From assembly GCF_001194135.2 (NCBI RefSeq), contig NC_068984.1, forward strand, positions 98,886,297-98,950,296: DNA of 64,000 nucleotides, given 5' to 3'. The notes under the pieces were generated by a model, which did no database searches, was not told where the DNA came from, and was given only the letters and a program-made list of their open reading frames with translations. Shown piece after piece: positions 39,301 to 53,632 of this stretch (positions are counted from its first letter, which is position 1; each line of letters begins with the position of its first letter). A program made the translations under genes and the position numbers. The stretch is from Octopus bimaculoides. Taxonomy: Eukaryota.

Positions 39301-41534
39301 TGTTCTGTTTATGCAATTTAGGTATGGATTTTAACTAAATTGTTGGTATGCTGTTTACTGCTAGATTTAGTTGACCATTCTGTCAGTCCTTCAGGGGAAA
39401 TGGGATGGTTATCTGGTTATCTTCAGTGGCTGGCTGTATAGTGTCAGCCTGCTTTGAATCAGATATTTCAGTTAGATGTATTAATTTACATCTAATGAGA
39501 CGTTTTACTTGTTCATCTCTCTTCACTTCATTTTTCCACTGTTAAAAGAAAAAGAAATCGATTTTCTTTAATTTTGATTTTTAAAAGACTTTAGACAAAC
39601 TAATTTTATAATCTCAAGTTATACCATGCTGAAGAGACCAGAACAAGGGCAAAATGGTACTATCCATAACTAGTGGAAAGTTTAATAAAAGAATTAAGTG
39701 GAAATAATGTAAGCTCTTTTCATCTTATCACTCTTTGATAATGATTTCTCAACATTAGGAAAAGAAAAGAAACTTATGTAGCACACTCTCTCTGTTTTTA
39801 TCTTTCTCTCTCCCTTTCTCTATAAGAAGTAGTTCCCACTGAGACAACCATAATAAAATTCTAGGTGTTTGTAGTTCCACAAATTTTGTAGCCTTTGCAT
39901 AAGACTGAACTTTTGGGGGTCACATCGTATATATGCTTCACATAAATCTTTGTTAACATCCTAGATCCATTGTATTCAGGGATTGCAGTCATGATTTAGT
40001 CAAAGGACTTAAAATATATAGCCATTATGATTTTTGTCTATTCAATGATATTCTTATTTGTTTTTTAACAAAGTTTAGAATTAAATTTTAAGTCGTTTAC
40101 AGCTTAGGTAATCTTTCCTTTCAGGTTGTTTTTAATTCTTTCAATTGTATTTCAACATACATAATGAACTGTATTTTTTTTTTTTTTTTTTTTGTGAATT
40201 GTTTTGAAACATAACTTGGCTTATTTCTTTATATGTGTAATGTTACAGTGCTGTGTTTATATAAATCTGTTAAGTTGTATGTATCATCTATATAGATATG
40301 CTGCAATGTATGTATGTGAAAGGAAGGAGAGAGAGGGAGAGTGGGGGAAGAGGGAGAGCGGGGAGGGAGGGGGAGAAAGAAAGAAAGAGAATGTGTGTGA
40401 CAGAGATGAAGTAATGCACATTCTTCTTTTGATATATCTAGGAAAGTCCCATTATAAATTTCCCTTCGTCACTTTCATAGGCTTTTATACCTGTTTCTCT
40501 CCCAAATAATCATGGTTCCTTTCTGTGTATGCAAAGCCAAACCACATGCAGAAATTCCTGAGCCTACAGTAGTCTTATCATGTCCAAACTTTTAGTCCGC
40601 ATTTTGAACAGAGTTATAGTCTTATCTGTAATGTCAGACATCCTACTTTTGGAGGAATAGTTCTCATTACCCATTATTTTCTTGGTCCAATTTAGGAATA
40701 AAAACCATCTGTCTCTGTGTTGCTAAAATCTTTCTCTCAGTCTTTATTCCCAGTTCTTTTCTTTACCTAAAGTCAGCTGTGCTTGTCATCTGTTATCTCT
40801 TTCATCTGTTAGAAAAACACTGATTGGAACTACTTTTCTTCAGTGTTTATCATTTTGTATCCCACAGTTTCCTTTTCAAATCCTTTGGGCCCTATATACT
40901 CTGGAAATGATCCTTCTAAAGAATAATTTCTTTCTCTCCTAGATATTATTATCATTTTTAAGCAGCAGGCTGGCAGAATCATTAGCACACTGGACAAAAT
41001 GCTCAGTGGCTTTTTGTCTGTCTTTACTTTCTGAGTTCAAATTCCACTGACGTTGACTTTGTCTTTCATCCTTTTGGGGGTCAATAAAATAAGTACCAGT
41101 TGTGTATTGGGATTGATGCAATTGACTTACTCCCTCTCCTGAAATTGCTGGCTTTGTGCCAAAATTTGAAATCATTATTTTTATTATTGTTAAGGCTGCA
41201 AACTGGCAGAGTCACTGGTATGCCAGGCAAAATGTTCAGTGGTATTTCATATGTCTTTATATTCTGAATTCAATTTCCGTCAAGTTCTACTTTGCTTTCA
41301 TCTTTTGGGGTCCATAAAATAAGTACCAGTCAAGTACCAAAATTTCAGGCCTGTTCCTATAGTAGAAAGGATTATTATTATTATCATCATCATCAATAAT
41401 ATTAATATGCTAACTTTTGCTTTTTTACATACATATGTATGTACCTGTGGTGTGTGTTACACTTACTTCAAAGGAAGAGGTAAAAAGGTTTAAGGGAGAG
41501 ATACAAAGAAAAAGGGAAATAAAAGGTGTTAAGC

Positions 41535-41640
41535 AGAGGAGGTATAGTTGAAGTGTGTGGCAAAGTGGGAGACAGGAGGGACAGAGAGGAGGTATAGTTG
41601 AAGTGTGTGGCAAAGTGGGAGACAGGAGGGACAGAGAGGA
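41535..41640. repeat. 50-bp tandem duplication (two copies)
   Basis: gaggaggtatagttgaagtgtgtggcaaagtgggagacaggagggacaga is repeated with period 50. Confidence 0.9.
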
Positions 41641-41869
41641 AGTGAGAGAGAAATTGAGAGACATGGTGAGTGGTATCTGAAAGGAAGGTGGCATTCCTTT
41701 CTTGTTTTTAAATGTTTATCAGCATTTTTAGAGTAGATTGATGTATACATCCAAAGAAAAGTAGATATATACACACATTGTTAAATTAACAGCAAGATAG
41801 AGGAGGAACAGAGAGAAAGTGAGACAGAAAGATAAATCCCCACTACCTCCAGTACCAAGACCATCAGAT

Positions 41870-42038
41870 CAATAGCATAGCTAGGGGGTGGGGGCAGTAG
41901 GGGTGTTCCGCCTTGGGCTGCACTTTCAAAGGGACGATACTTTTGGGTCTTCTGTAAGCAATATGTGTGTTTTGTGGGGTCGGGGGGGGGCAAATGGAAG
42001 GACTCGCCTGGGCGGTACACATTCTAGCTATGCTAGTG
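41870..42038. mobile_element. 169-bp hAT-type MITE
   Basis: TIRs caatagcatagctag / ctagctatgctagtg; exact 8-bp TSD catcagat. Confidence 0.85.
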
Positions 42039-44806
42039 CATCAGATCATGTGATTTTGGCCTTCCTTGGTCTTGTCAGTAGTGGGCATGGACACATCTTC
42101 CTACCAGCAATATACAGAATAGCTGTTCCAGTACAGGCACTGGTGTCACAATTAACCAGTGAGCTTGTCAAAAAATATGAGTGACAAAAGCAGTATTAAC
42201 ATCAAGAAGTAATATTTATCCTCACTTAAATTTGAATGTTCTGTTAGAACAAATTATACTGTGGTAGATACCCTGAGAGAAACTCTAGTATTAAATTTTG
42301 GTGCAAAATGCACTCTTGTTTGTGTCACCAGCAGAGAGATAAATCCCCACCACCTCCACTGTTGATACTTATGCAATATCTGACACAGTGGAATCGAATA
42401 TGAAATCACATGATTGGGAAGTACATGGTCTGGAAGCTTTGTTGCTCTGGATTCTTCAATGGGGAACCAATTCCTTAAACAAGAAAACAAACTAATCTAT
42501 GAAATGAGCCAAAACATTATTCTACTCTACTATGATATCAAGTACTTTTCTCCTGTTCATTAAGATATGCATATTTATGTGTGTATGTATGTGTATACAC
42601 TTACATATACTTGCATTTATATATAGATGAATATATGCTTACACACATGCATATATACATCCAAATTATGTTCATATATATTTTCCGAAGATTAATTTTA
42701 CCACCATTCTGTGCACATCACAAAATACAGCAAAAATACAAAATTACAATAAAAATAAAGCAATAAGATATCAGAAAAAAATATCAAAAAATATGTTAAT
42801 AAAGATAAGAAACCATTACAAAATCAAAACCCAGAAAATAACACATAAAACCATCCAATAATAGAAATAAAAAGACATGGCAAAGTAGAGAATTACAGAA
42901 GAATAATTCCACAGAGATTGTGAGAAATAAAATATTACAAATATAGTCGTAGATATAGAAAAAAAGTAGTTTTAGAGGGAGATAAATGTATTTAATAGAA
43001 CAAATAATAATAAAAAATATCTCTGAAATAAAATTAGAGATAGATAAATATAATTAATAGGAGGTAAAAAACAATAAAAAGGCTATGAATAAGTGTGTGT
43101 GTCATCTGAGTATTTGCAATGTTCTGATTTTTGCAGTTTTTGTAAATGATTCCAAAATAATTGCAGCATCAATTCTTTCTTAGACAACCACCTACCATCT
43201 CTGGGAAAGAAAAATGTATATTATAAACTAAAAAAAAAAAAAAAACATTGATTGGTTTCAAACTATATTGTCAGTATACTTACTAGTAGAAAGGGAGGCA
43301 GTGCCTGCTAGTAAATCATATGAAAGGTGGGTGAGAGGAAATTAGTGTGGTGAAATGGATCTATGCAAGCTGGTTGTAAGTTCATAGCAAGAAATGAGTG
43401 AAGACATTGGCATTTGCTATTCTGGATTCTGATTGGAGGTGCCTCAAAATACACATGGGCTACCCCGCCCCCATTTTAGTGAGCCTTTCTTCTTATGTTT
43501 TTGCTCTATATTGTTATTTCTATTTATTATTCTATATTGGTTTTAAATTTCGGCACAAGTCCAGTGGTTTTGGGGGAGGGGATTGGTCAATTACATCGAC
43601 CACCAATGTTCAACTGATACTTATTTTACTAACCCTGAAAGGATGAAAGGCAGAATTTGAGCTCAGAACACAAAGAGGGACGAAATACCACTCATCATTT
43701 TGACTGGCATGCAGCAGTTGTAGCAGTAGTGTTAGTACAGTGGTAGAGGTCCTCTCATTTTAAAATATTCTTCTAAATCCTCCTTTCAGTCTGGGAGTGC
43801 AACAAGGAGTTAGAGTTAGGGGTAGAAGAGTAGGGGTGGTCGAACACCACCCCTCAATGTCCCCTCCCCCCATCTATTGACTCTAGAATATTGAATCTGT
43901 AGTATTTTTATTTTCATTTTGCTTCTCTTGTCTAATTGGAAACAAAGGTATATTGAAAATCAATATGTACGTATGCATATACATGTATCTATGCATACAT
44001 TACATAGATACACACACATATATGTGTATGTATATATATATGTGTGTGTGTGTGGGCATACATACACACACACATACATGCATAGTCCATACATATATAC
44101 ATATGCATATGTATATACACACACTTAATATATATATAGATAGATATAGATACAAGGGTACATATGTATGCATGTAAGTGTGCTAGACAAGAACATTAAA
44201 TTTGTGTATAAATGGAGGCATGCTTCTTTAAGCATCTAACTAAAGTTTGTAACACACACACACACTCAGACAGACACACACACACATGCACTCACATTAC
44301 ACACACACACTCTCACATTACACACACCCAGACACATACACTCACAAAGCATGCACACAAGCACTATGTGTGTGCATATGTGTATGTTTGTGTCTTCCTC
44401 TTTCACTTTGTCATGATAATGTATAAAATGTCTATTTTCTACTTCATAAGCATAGACAAGGTTGTCTTAATAAGAATTTTGCTTTCGTCATACCATGTCT
44501 GCACTGATTGTAAACAAAAGCCTCACTGCTTGTATAGGTGGTGTCATTTGTTTGCAGTCCCCTGTGAAAGCATGTTCAAACTGTTCGTCATTTTATAAAT
44601 ACAAGAATTATCCTGCTTCGAAACAAGTTAAGGAGTGGCATCAGGAAGGATGTCCAGCTATAGAAACTTCTCATCAAAGTCTCATCTGACCCATGCAGGC
44701 ATAGAAAAGTAGATGTAAAACTAATGATGATGGTGATGATTATTTTCTTATTTTTGCTGTGGTGCTTTGTAGTGTATGGAAGACACAAATGACATTTCTA
44801 CATATA

Positions 44807-45148
44807 GGTGCAGGTGTAGCTGTGTTGTAAGAGGCTTGCTTCCCAGCCACATGGTTCTGGGTTCAGTTCACCTGTACCTTGAGCAAGTGTCTTCTATAGC
44901 CTCAGCCTTGAGTGGATTTGGTAGACAGAAACTGAAAGAAGCCTGTCATATATACATATGTATGTGTGTCTGTGTCCATTTTTGTCCCACACCACTGCTT
45001 GGCAACTGGTGGTCGGGGTGTTTGCATTCCTGTAACTTAACAGTTGGGCAAAAGAGGAAGATACAATAAATACCAGGCTTTTAAAAAACAAAAATTGAAA
45101 TTCAAGGCTGTGTCCCAGCATTGCCACAGTCTGAAACAGGTAGAAGAT
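44807..45148 (+). mobile_element. tRNA-derived SINE (family A)
   Basis: Head ggtgcaggtgtagctgtgttgtaag, ggttcagttc and the family body. Confidence 0.75.
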
Positions 45149-46379
45149 ATAGATGGTGATGGTGGTGGTGCTAGTGGTGGTGGTGGTGGTGGTGGTGGTG
45201 GTAGCGGTGTCAGTAGTAGTCATGTTGGCAATGACTGTAATGGTCATAATAGTAGTGGTGGTGGTTGTTGTAGTTGTGGTAGTTGTGATGGTGTTGGGAG
45301 TGAAGATGATGTTGGTGGTGATGCTGCTACTATAGCTGTTGCTATTGATGTTGATGATGGTGATGATGATGATGGTTATGGGGGCTTGTGAAGGGTGATA
45401 CTGGAAAAGAAAAATGAATAAAGTTTACCTTTTTCATTATTCACTTTATCATTCATTTTCCATGCTTCCATGACTCAGATTAAATTTGTTGAGGCAGGTT
45501 TGTTATGGTTGGATGCACTTCCAATCACTAACCCTCGCATGTTTCCATGCAAGGTAATATTGATGTGTTTTTATGGAAGATCGGAAATGAAGAAACCACT
45601 TGTATGATGGTGATAATTGTTTACAGCTATCATGCAATGTCAAGATGAGGAGACACAAACACATACATACATACATACATACACACATACAAATGTGTGT
45701 GTATGTATGCGTGCATGCATGCACGCGTATGTGTTTGATAGGCTTTGTATAGTTTCTTTGTGGGAAATCTACTCTCAAACAGTATCTTGGTTTGGGGTTA
45801 TAGTAGAAGACACTTACCCAAGGTTCCATACAATGGGGAATGAATCTAAAACCATGTAGCTAGAAGTGAACTTCTTAACCACACAGTCATAAGAGTAATG
45901 AGCAACTGAACTGTGATCACTGTCATGTCCTACTGCATAGATTATTTAGTTATGTCATCTTACACATTTTTATAAATAATAATGACTATATAGGGAAAAC
46001 TATATAAGCAGATTACATTATCTTCAAAGATTATATAACACAGATAATTAAAAAAAAGTTTTATACTTGACATTAGACAGTGTTATGGTATCAATGACTG
46101 TAACTGTAATACAAGTTCTTTTCAAATTCTTTTTTTTTTTTTTGATGTGTATATAAGAATATTCAAGGAGTTTTGAATGCTGGTCATATACAATTTAAAT
46201 TAAACTACACTATATAATTACAGATGCAGAAGTTTGACAAAATAATAGAAATAATGTGTTAAATGGAAGTTTTACTAATTTGGAATTGGTCCAACTTGGC
46301 TTCAGACACAGATTTGATATGTTGAGAAATTGACTTGTACAGGTTCTAAACAGTTGTTAATAGGATTTTGAGCCATCCA

Positions 46380-47560
46380 TCAATTAAATCTTGCTTTAGC
46401 TATTTCAGTGGCTCCTTACTTGTTGCTCCACGATGCACTATAAATATTCTATTATATTGAAAGCTGGTGATTAGGGAGGGCCAGTCGAAGTGGTTTATTT
46501 TACATTTGTACTCCTTGTACCATTTTTGAAAAAATACATGAATTGGCATATTATAATCATTGAAAATTGTACTGATGTAAAGGAACAGTGTTTTTACCAT
46601 AAAATGGATAAGATCAGCCAAAATATTTAGATAGTTTTTGGTGTTAAATTTGTCATGTAGAACAAGTAAAGACACAGAGAATTTCATCATATGGCAGCCA
46701 AACCATCACAGAGCCATCTACATGCTTTCCAGTAGGGTCCAAACAGTCTTTGAGCTGTCCAGACATAAACTGAAGTAGGGAAATATGGGTGAATGATGGT
46801 TCTTAAGAGAAGATAACATTGTTCCATTTAGCTTTTGACCACATCTGATAATCTAGACTAGTGGTTCTCAATGGGGTTCTGTATGGCCCCTGAGAGTCCA
46901 TACAAGATTGGTGGTGGGAGTGGAGCATGCAACAAAATTGTAAACTGGGATCCACAAAAAGATTTTAAGGGACTCTGAACAAATTTTGCTTTAGAAGTAT
47001 GTATTGGTAGGTATTGCAAGAAACAGCTTGGCTTCTTTCACTAATTTCAAATCATTCAACCTACACAAGTTAATGTGTGAAAAACAAAATAGTAATTTTG
47101 AAAGAAGTTTCTATAAGACTAGGTTTTATAGATAGAATGACTATGGGGGTCCACCACAATGAAATAGTAAGCAAAGGGGTCCATAGATAAAAATGTTTGA
47201 GAACCCCTGATCTAGACACTATTTTTTCTCTGCTTATCAAATAAAGATGAGGAACAGGAAAAATTAGCAACTCCATCCCTCTCATAGTATCCAGCTCTAT
47301 GAAGCTAACAACAAATAGTTTTGGTTGACACATGGTTGATAAGGTGGTGTTTTAGCTCTGCTGTCTCTTTTGCTGCTGCCGTATTTTGATGTTTTTACTC
47401 ACAATTCATTTCACTCTTTTACAGCCCTTCTCAGTGAGATTTGTCTTCTATCCAGAATTATGTTCACCAGTGCTGCTTTTATCTTTGGTTTTGGGATTCC
47501 AAGTGATTTTAGAGTTTGTACTTCTTGAAACATTAAACAATTCAGCAGTTTTAGTGACTA
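46380..47560 (-). mobile_element. Degenerate Tc1 (DD34E) transposon interrupted by a hAT MITE
   Basis: N-terminal VTKTAELFNVSRST...NSG*K..L...IVSKN and VSTKT...LH; C-terminal YLNILAD.IH.MVKTLF...FNDYNMPIH...DWPS. Confidence 0.75.
46859..47209. mobile_element. hAT (Charlie-like) MITE nested in the Tc1 element
   Basis: TIRs tagtggttctcaa / tttgagaacccctg; exact 8-bp TSD atctagac. Confidence 0.88.
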
Positions 47561-48252
47561 AAGTTCCAAATCATCTTGCTTCTCTTCACTCACTGCTGGC
47601 TGTCACACACTCGTTCTTCACTGGCTGCTGTGTTTACGCCAACCACGCTTACACCAACTGTGATTCCCAAATCTATGCTCTCGTATTTATGACAGATACC
47701 GTACCCAACAGTGCTACGATACCCCCTCCAAAGCTGGGTCAGTTTAGTACAGTTCCTAACTTGTTTTTCTAAACTTTCGATGACCGGAAAGGGTCAGAGA
47801 TCACACTCCTACGCTATAAATAACTGTGCTTGTTGACAGGACAAAGGAAATACCAATGCCCTGACCAACTAGAAACGGTTTCAAACCCAGCTCGTATATG
47901 AGTGTTGTCTCCGTTAGTTTTAAATTGTTGGCTTCACAGCCATCTTCTCTGTTCAGCGTAGTTTGAATTTAGTTGCTAATGATAGACCCTTGGTATTTTC
48001 CATGAGAGTGCATTTGTTGGACTGCTATGAATGGTAGTAGATGCAAACAAACAGTTGCATAATCAAATACTGGATAATAAATGTATGTTCAACCATATTC
48101 CTTCTTCTTGACTCCAATTTCTTCAGTTTATATTCACATATGACAAGTACCCAAAACTGAACTTGGAAATATATAATAATACCACCAATAGTACTGGGTA
48201 ATTCCAAAGGTGGACAAGCTTTATACTGTACTCTACCATGTTCCTAACGGAA

Positions 48253-48284
<32 letters not shown>

Positions 48285-49034
48285 NNNNNNNNNNNNNNNN
48301 NNNNNNNNNNNNNNNNNNNNNNNNNNNNNNNNNNNNNNNNNNNNNNNNNNNNNNNNNNNNNNNNNNNNNNNNNNNNNNNNNNNNTATATATATATATACA
48401 TACATACATACATATTATACATATATATATATATACATACATACATACATACATATTATACATTTATACATATATATATACATACATACATACATATTAT
48501 ACATTTATACATATATATATATACACATACACACACTGAAGCAATTCTCATTATAATGGCCATGTGAAATAATATAAAACTAAAAAAAGTTTGCATATTG
48601 CATGCCTCTCAAAACCAAATTTTTTCTACTTTTATTTTTCCCTTCTTTCATTGGTAACTCATATTTTCAAATCAATAAAATATAAATAAATAAGTAAATA
48701 TATAATAATGGGTAATAATTCTATTCATTCAATTTTTATTTCATTTCACGAACCTCATCTAAGATACAATCTGTATATATCTACTGTCTTGATAGAGATT
48801 TGACTCTTTTAAGCTACAACAATACTTAACATATTCAGTTAACAATGAAACCTAAACACGGTATTCTATTTAACTGATATAAATTCATATGCTTATGCAG
48901 CAGGGTTTGTTTGACCTTTCTCAGATGTGGTGCTTGCAAAATGTCTCCTAATTTTTCAGTAACAAGTTGCCTTTCTACTGGCCATTTATACATAATAATG
49001 AACATTATAAGAAGCTGAGACAAATAGATAAATA

Positions 49035-49510
49035 GGTACAAGTGTTGGTGTGTGGTAAGAAATTTGCTTCCCAACTACATGGTTCTGGGTCCAGTTCCAC
49101 TGCATGGTACCATCGGGTTGACCAAAGCCTTGTGAGTGGATTTGGTAGACAAAAACTAAAAGAAGCCCTCCCAACCACATGGTTTTGGGTCCAGTCCCAT
49201 TGCATGGTGCCTTGGGCAAGTGTCTTCTACTATAGTTTTAGGCCAGCAAAGTGAAGTGGGTGGATTTGTTAGATGGAAACTGAAAGGAGCCTGTCATATG
49301 TGTGCCTTTGTGTTTGTGTTTGTTTCTCCCACTATGACTTGACACCAGATGTTAGCAGTTCAGCAAAAGAGACCAACAGAATAAGTATCAGGTTTAGTGA
49401 CAAAAGAATAAGTACTTGGGTTGATAAGTTCAGCTAAGAAAAAATAATTCTTCAAAGCAGTGCCCCAGCATGGCCACAGTCTAGTGACTGAAACAAGTAA
49501 AGGATGAAAG

Positions 49511-49549
<39 letters not shown>

Positions 49550-50195
49550 TGTGTGTGTGTATGTGTATATATATACATCGTTGCCAGTACCACTGGACTG
49601 GCTCCTGTGCAGGTGGCACGTAAAAAACACCATTTTGAGCATGGCCGTTGCCTGTATCGCCTGACTGGCCTTCGTGCCAGTGGCATGTAAAAGCACCCAC
49701 TACACTCTCGGAGTGGTTGGCATTAGGAAGGCCATCCAGCTGTAGAAACTCTGACAGATCAGATTGGAGCCTGGTACAGCTATCCTGTTCACCGTCCTCA
49801 GTCAAATCATCCAACCCATGCTAGCATGGAAAGCGGACATTAAACGATGATGATGCAGCCATAAAAATCCTGTCAAAACAGTCACCGGAGTCTGGTTCAG
49901 GCTTGGCCTGACCAGCTCTTGTGGTACCATCCCACCCATGCTTGCATGGAATACAGATGTTAAATGATGATGATGATATGTATGTGTGTCTTTGTGTATG
50001 TGTTTGTCCTCCACTGCTTGACAACTGGTGTTGGTGTGTTTACATCCCCATAACTTAGCAGTTTGGCAAAAGAGACTGATAGAATAAGTACCAAGCTTCA
50101 AAAAAGAAAATTCCTGTGGTTTGATTCATTTGACTAAAAATTCTTCAAGGCAGTGCCCCAGTATGACCACTGTCTAATGACTGAAACAAGTAAGA
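49035..50195 (+). mobile_element. Cluster of SINE family A copies and RTE-tail (…gatgatgat) repeats
   Basis: Duplicated SINE head (49035-49210), SINE body to ~49512, two tandem ...cccatgc..gcatggaa...gatgatgat tails (49575-49978), then a SINE A 3' half. Confidence 0.7.
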
Positions 50196-51358
50196 AATAG
50201 AAGAGTGAGGAAATGTACAAATTGAAAGTAGCTGGCTGACAAGCTGCTAGGAAGTTTGCCATACACAATACTAGTGTTTGGTTTTGGTCTAAGTGCTGGG
50301 TTTTTGTTATTGTTTGGTTTTGGATTAAGTGTTAGGTAAAAACACTCATTATAATGTTTATTCTGAAAAAAAAAAAAGATGAAACATATAGGTGCTGACA
50401 TGACTGTATTGTTGAACGCTTTGAGTATTTGATGATAAGAATATTTTGATTTGGTTGCCATTTGTGTGATGATTTGTTTGAGTTGAGAGATGAAACCAAG
50501 AACAAGAATACAAAATATTTATTTATCATTAAACTAAACACATTACTGTTACTATGAACAACAGAAAAGAAATGCTTATTCTAGTTTAAACAATTCAGTA
50601 GTTTGTGAGCTCTGTTGCCTGCTGAGGACAATAGTTGTGAGTGGTGTGTCTTCTAGCATCTGGCAGGCTTCAGTTGTGCGCTACCATGGGCAGTCTGTGG
50701 ACAGATGGTTCTGTTTAGGGAAAAGAGTACCACAAACAAAATACTAATGGCATCCTGTTTCTATCAGAGATTCAAGTGGTTACTTACTTCTTCACTGACA
50801 TCATCAATCCTTGATTGAATCACATTTATTTTTCTTAGTTGTTTTTTGTAATTAGATACAGCAATTTCTACCAGAGATTTGATTTGCCAGTTGCTTGCTG
50901 ATGTCATCAATCTCTAACAAAGTCCTGGTTATGTTTTTATGTTTAAACACAATTCAGGTTCAATTCTTAGGTAATGAATATATATCATATAAGTATATAT
51001 GATAACTTTAAAAAAACCCTCAGAGCTAAGGATGAAAACTTTGCAACATCAAGATGTGATAGGCTTAAACATTTCAAGAATTGCTTAACATTACATCCCA
51101 TATAGATAAATGGAATGTCTGGGCAAATATAGCTAAAGACTGCATTACAATGACTGGTTCTTCTCATTAGGATCGGAGAATACTTCATTCTCTAACAACT
51201 ACTAATCCTTTTGTATGTGAGAGCAGTGCTGCTACTAAGTCATTACTGAATTACTGAACAGTGTCTAATGACAAGTCATTCCCTTGATTGCCATAAAACT
51301 CCTTCTAGACATGCTCTAATCTCTAGCCCACACATATTCTGGCCCTTTCTCTTCTTTT

Positions 51359-51391
<33 letters not shown>

Positions 51392-53589
51392 GTGCTACTG
51401 CTGCTGCTACTGCTACTATTACTAGAATGACTTCTACTTTGTGAGCGTGGCTGGCTCCTGACCACTTCCACTTAAGTTCTTTCAACTTATTTTTCTCTTC
51501 TTTCATCACCCATATTGTGTCAATCCTTTCCCTAACAACTCACTAACCACTTTTCCTAGTCCTTCCTCCCCAGAACATTGGCCTTCTGGAATTCCCATTC
51601 TGCATTTGTCCTTTCTCAGTCAACAACTTGTAACTGTTTAACCCTTTAGCATTCAGTGAATTAATCATGCACTACTTTGTAGCTTTGACAATGTGTTGGT
51701 TTATTTTTAGAATGATATTGTAGGGTAGGTGTGAAAGGCTGGGCCTGGTTAGTTTGAACATGAAACAGATTGAAAATTTGGGCTGGCATGTGGCTTAGTG
51801 GTTATTATATTTGGCTCACAATTGTGAGTTCGATTTACCATAGCATGTGGTGTCCTTGAATATGACACTCTATTTCACCTTGCTCCTGTCCTCTCAGCTA
51901 GTAAAAATGAGTAGTACCTGTATTTCAAAGGGCCAGCCTTGTCACTTTGTATCCTACTGAATCTCCTTCAGAACTATTTGCCATGTGAAAAGCACTCAGC
52001 TCATTCTGCAGGGTAGTTGGTGTTAGGAAGGGTATCCAGCCATAAAAACTGTGCCAAAACAGACATGGAATTATGGTGCAAGTTTCTGTCTGACCAGCTC
52101 CTGTCAAACTGTCCAACCCATGCCAGTATGGAAGGAGGATGTTAAATAATGATGATGATGACTAAGAGAATATATGTCTGTGGAGTACTCAGCTACTTGT
52201 ACATTAATTTCATAAACAGGCTTTTCTATTGATCAGATCAACTGGAACCTTCATTATCATAACTGATGGATTGATGGTAATATATACAAAAGGGTTAAAT
52301 GGCACCAGTCTCAGAGGTCTAAGCCAGTAAAAAAACAAGAGAATTCTTTGCTTTCCTTCAAGAAGATTTTTACTTTCATTTATAAATTCTTTGCTTTCTT
52401 TGATAGTTATTTTTTGCTTTCTCTTTATAATTCTCCAGTTGATTTCTGTCTACTTTGTATAATTTCCACAACTAAGTCATAACATTTTATTTCCACTAAC
52501 AGGATCCTGTAAAATATACAAATCTTTGTGTTTAGCGGTTCCTCTGTTGCCAAAACTCATTCCATTGTTGAAAAAGGGAAAAGAGAAAAGGGGTGTGTGT
52601 ATGTGTAGGTCAATAACGATTTAACTATCACACCATATAGGTAATAAGGAAAATAGAAAAATGATGCCTATAACTTACATGCATACACATATATACACAT
52701 ACATGCATTCACACACAAATGCACACACACACACACACACATGCAAAATCCCATAAAAACAAGGGTGCCAACTACCACATCTCCACCACCACCACCAACA
52801 ACAACAGCAACAACCATTATCATCAACCATCAACAATAACAACAACTCCATCATCACCATCACGCTACATCACTAGCTACCAACAATCACCACCACTTTC
52901 ATCAATCAACCAACCACCACCACCAATACCACACTACCATCATCCCAAAACAACATATGCAGGTTCTGTGGGATACAAAACATTATAAGCATGCATGTGT
53001 CAGCTGCAGGTAAATGCAGCAATATGCCGCAACTGTTGCAGATTTCTGTGATTTGTTTGGTTACCGTTGTATAATTAAAGGGATTTTGCTGTTTTCCTTA
53101 TCCTAGAAAGTTCTGAGAGCCAGGAAAGGAAATATATAAAACAAGACAAAAAGATGGAAAGAGGAAAGAAAAAAATGTTAATAAAGGTGGTGGTGCTGGT
53201 GGTGGTGGTAAGATATAAATAATTAGATTAATTGAATGGTAATGAAGTTTAGGGAGGGAAACTCTTTATATCTTCCNNNNNNNNNNNNNNNNNNNNNNNN
53301 NNNNNNNNNNNNNNNNNNNNNNNNNNNNNNNNNNNNNNNNNNNNNNNNNNNNNNNNNNNNNNNNNNNNNNNNNNNNNNNNNNNNNNNNNNNNNNNNNNNN
53401 NNNNNNNNNNNNNNNNNNNNNNNNNNNNNNNNNNNNNNNNNNNNNNNNNNNNNNNNNNNNNNNNNNNNNNNNNNNNNNNNNNNNNNNNNNNNNNNNNNNN
53501 NNNNNNNNNNNNNNNNNNNNNNNNNNNNNNNNNNNNNNNNNNNNNNNNNNNNNNNNNNNNNNNNNNNNNNNNNNNNNNNNTATATATAT

Positions 53590-53632
<43 letters not shown>

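Noticed and set aside
42050-42490. Coding-looking segment with a 25-bp motif also seen at ~41825
   Set aside because: No frame gave a recognisable domain and no convincing splice sites were found; left unassigned.
44894-45391. Gly/Val/Thr-rich ORFs
   Set aside because: (GGT)n low-complexity sequence adjoining a SINE.
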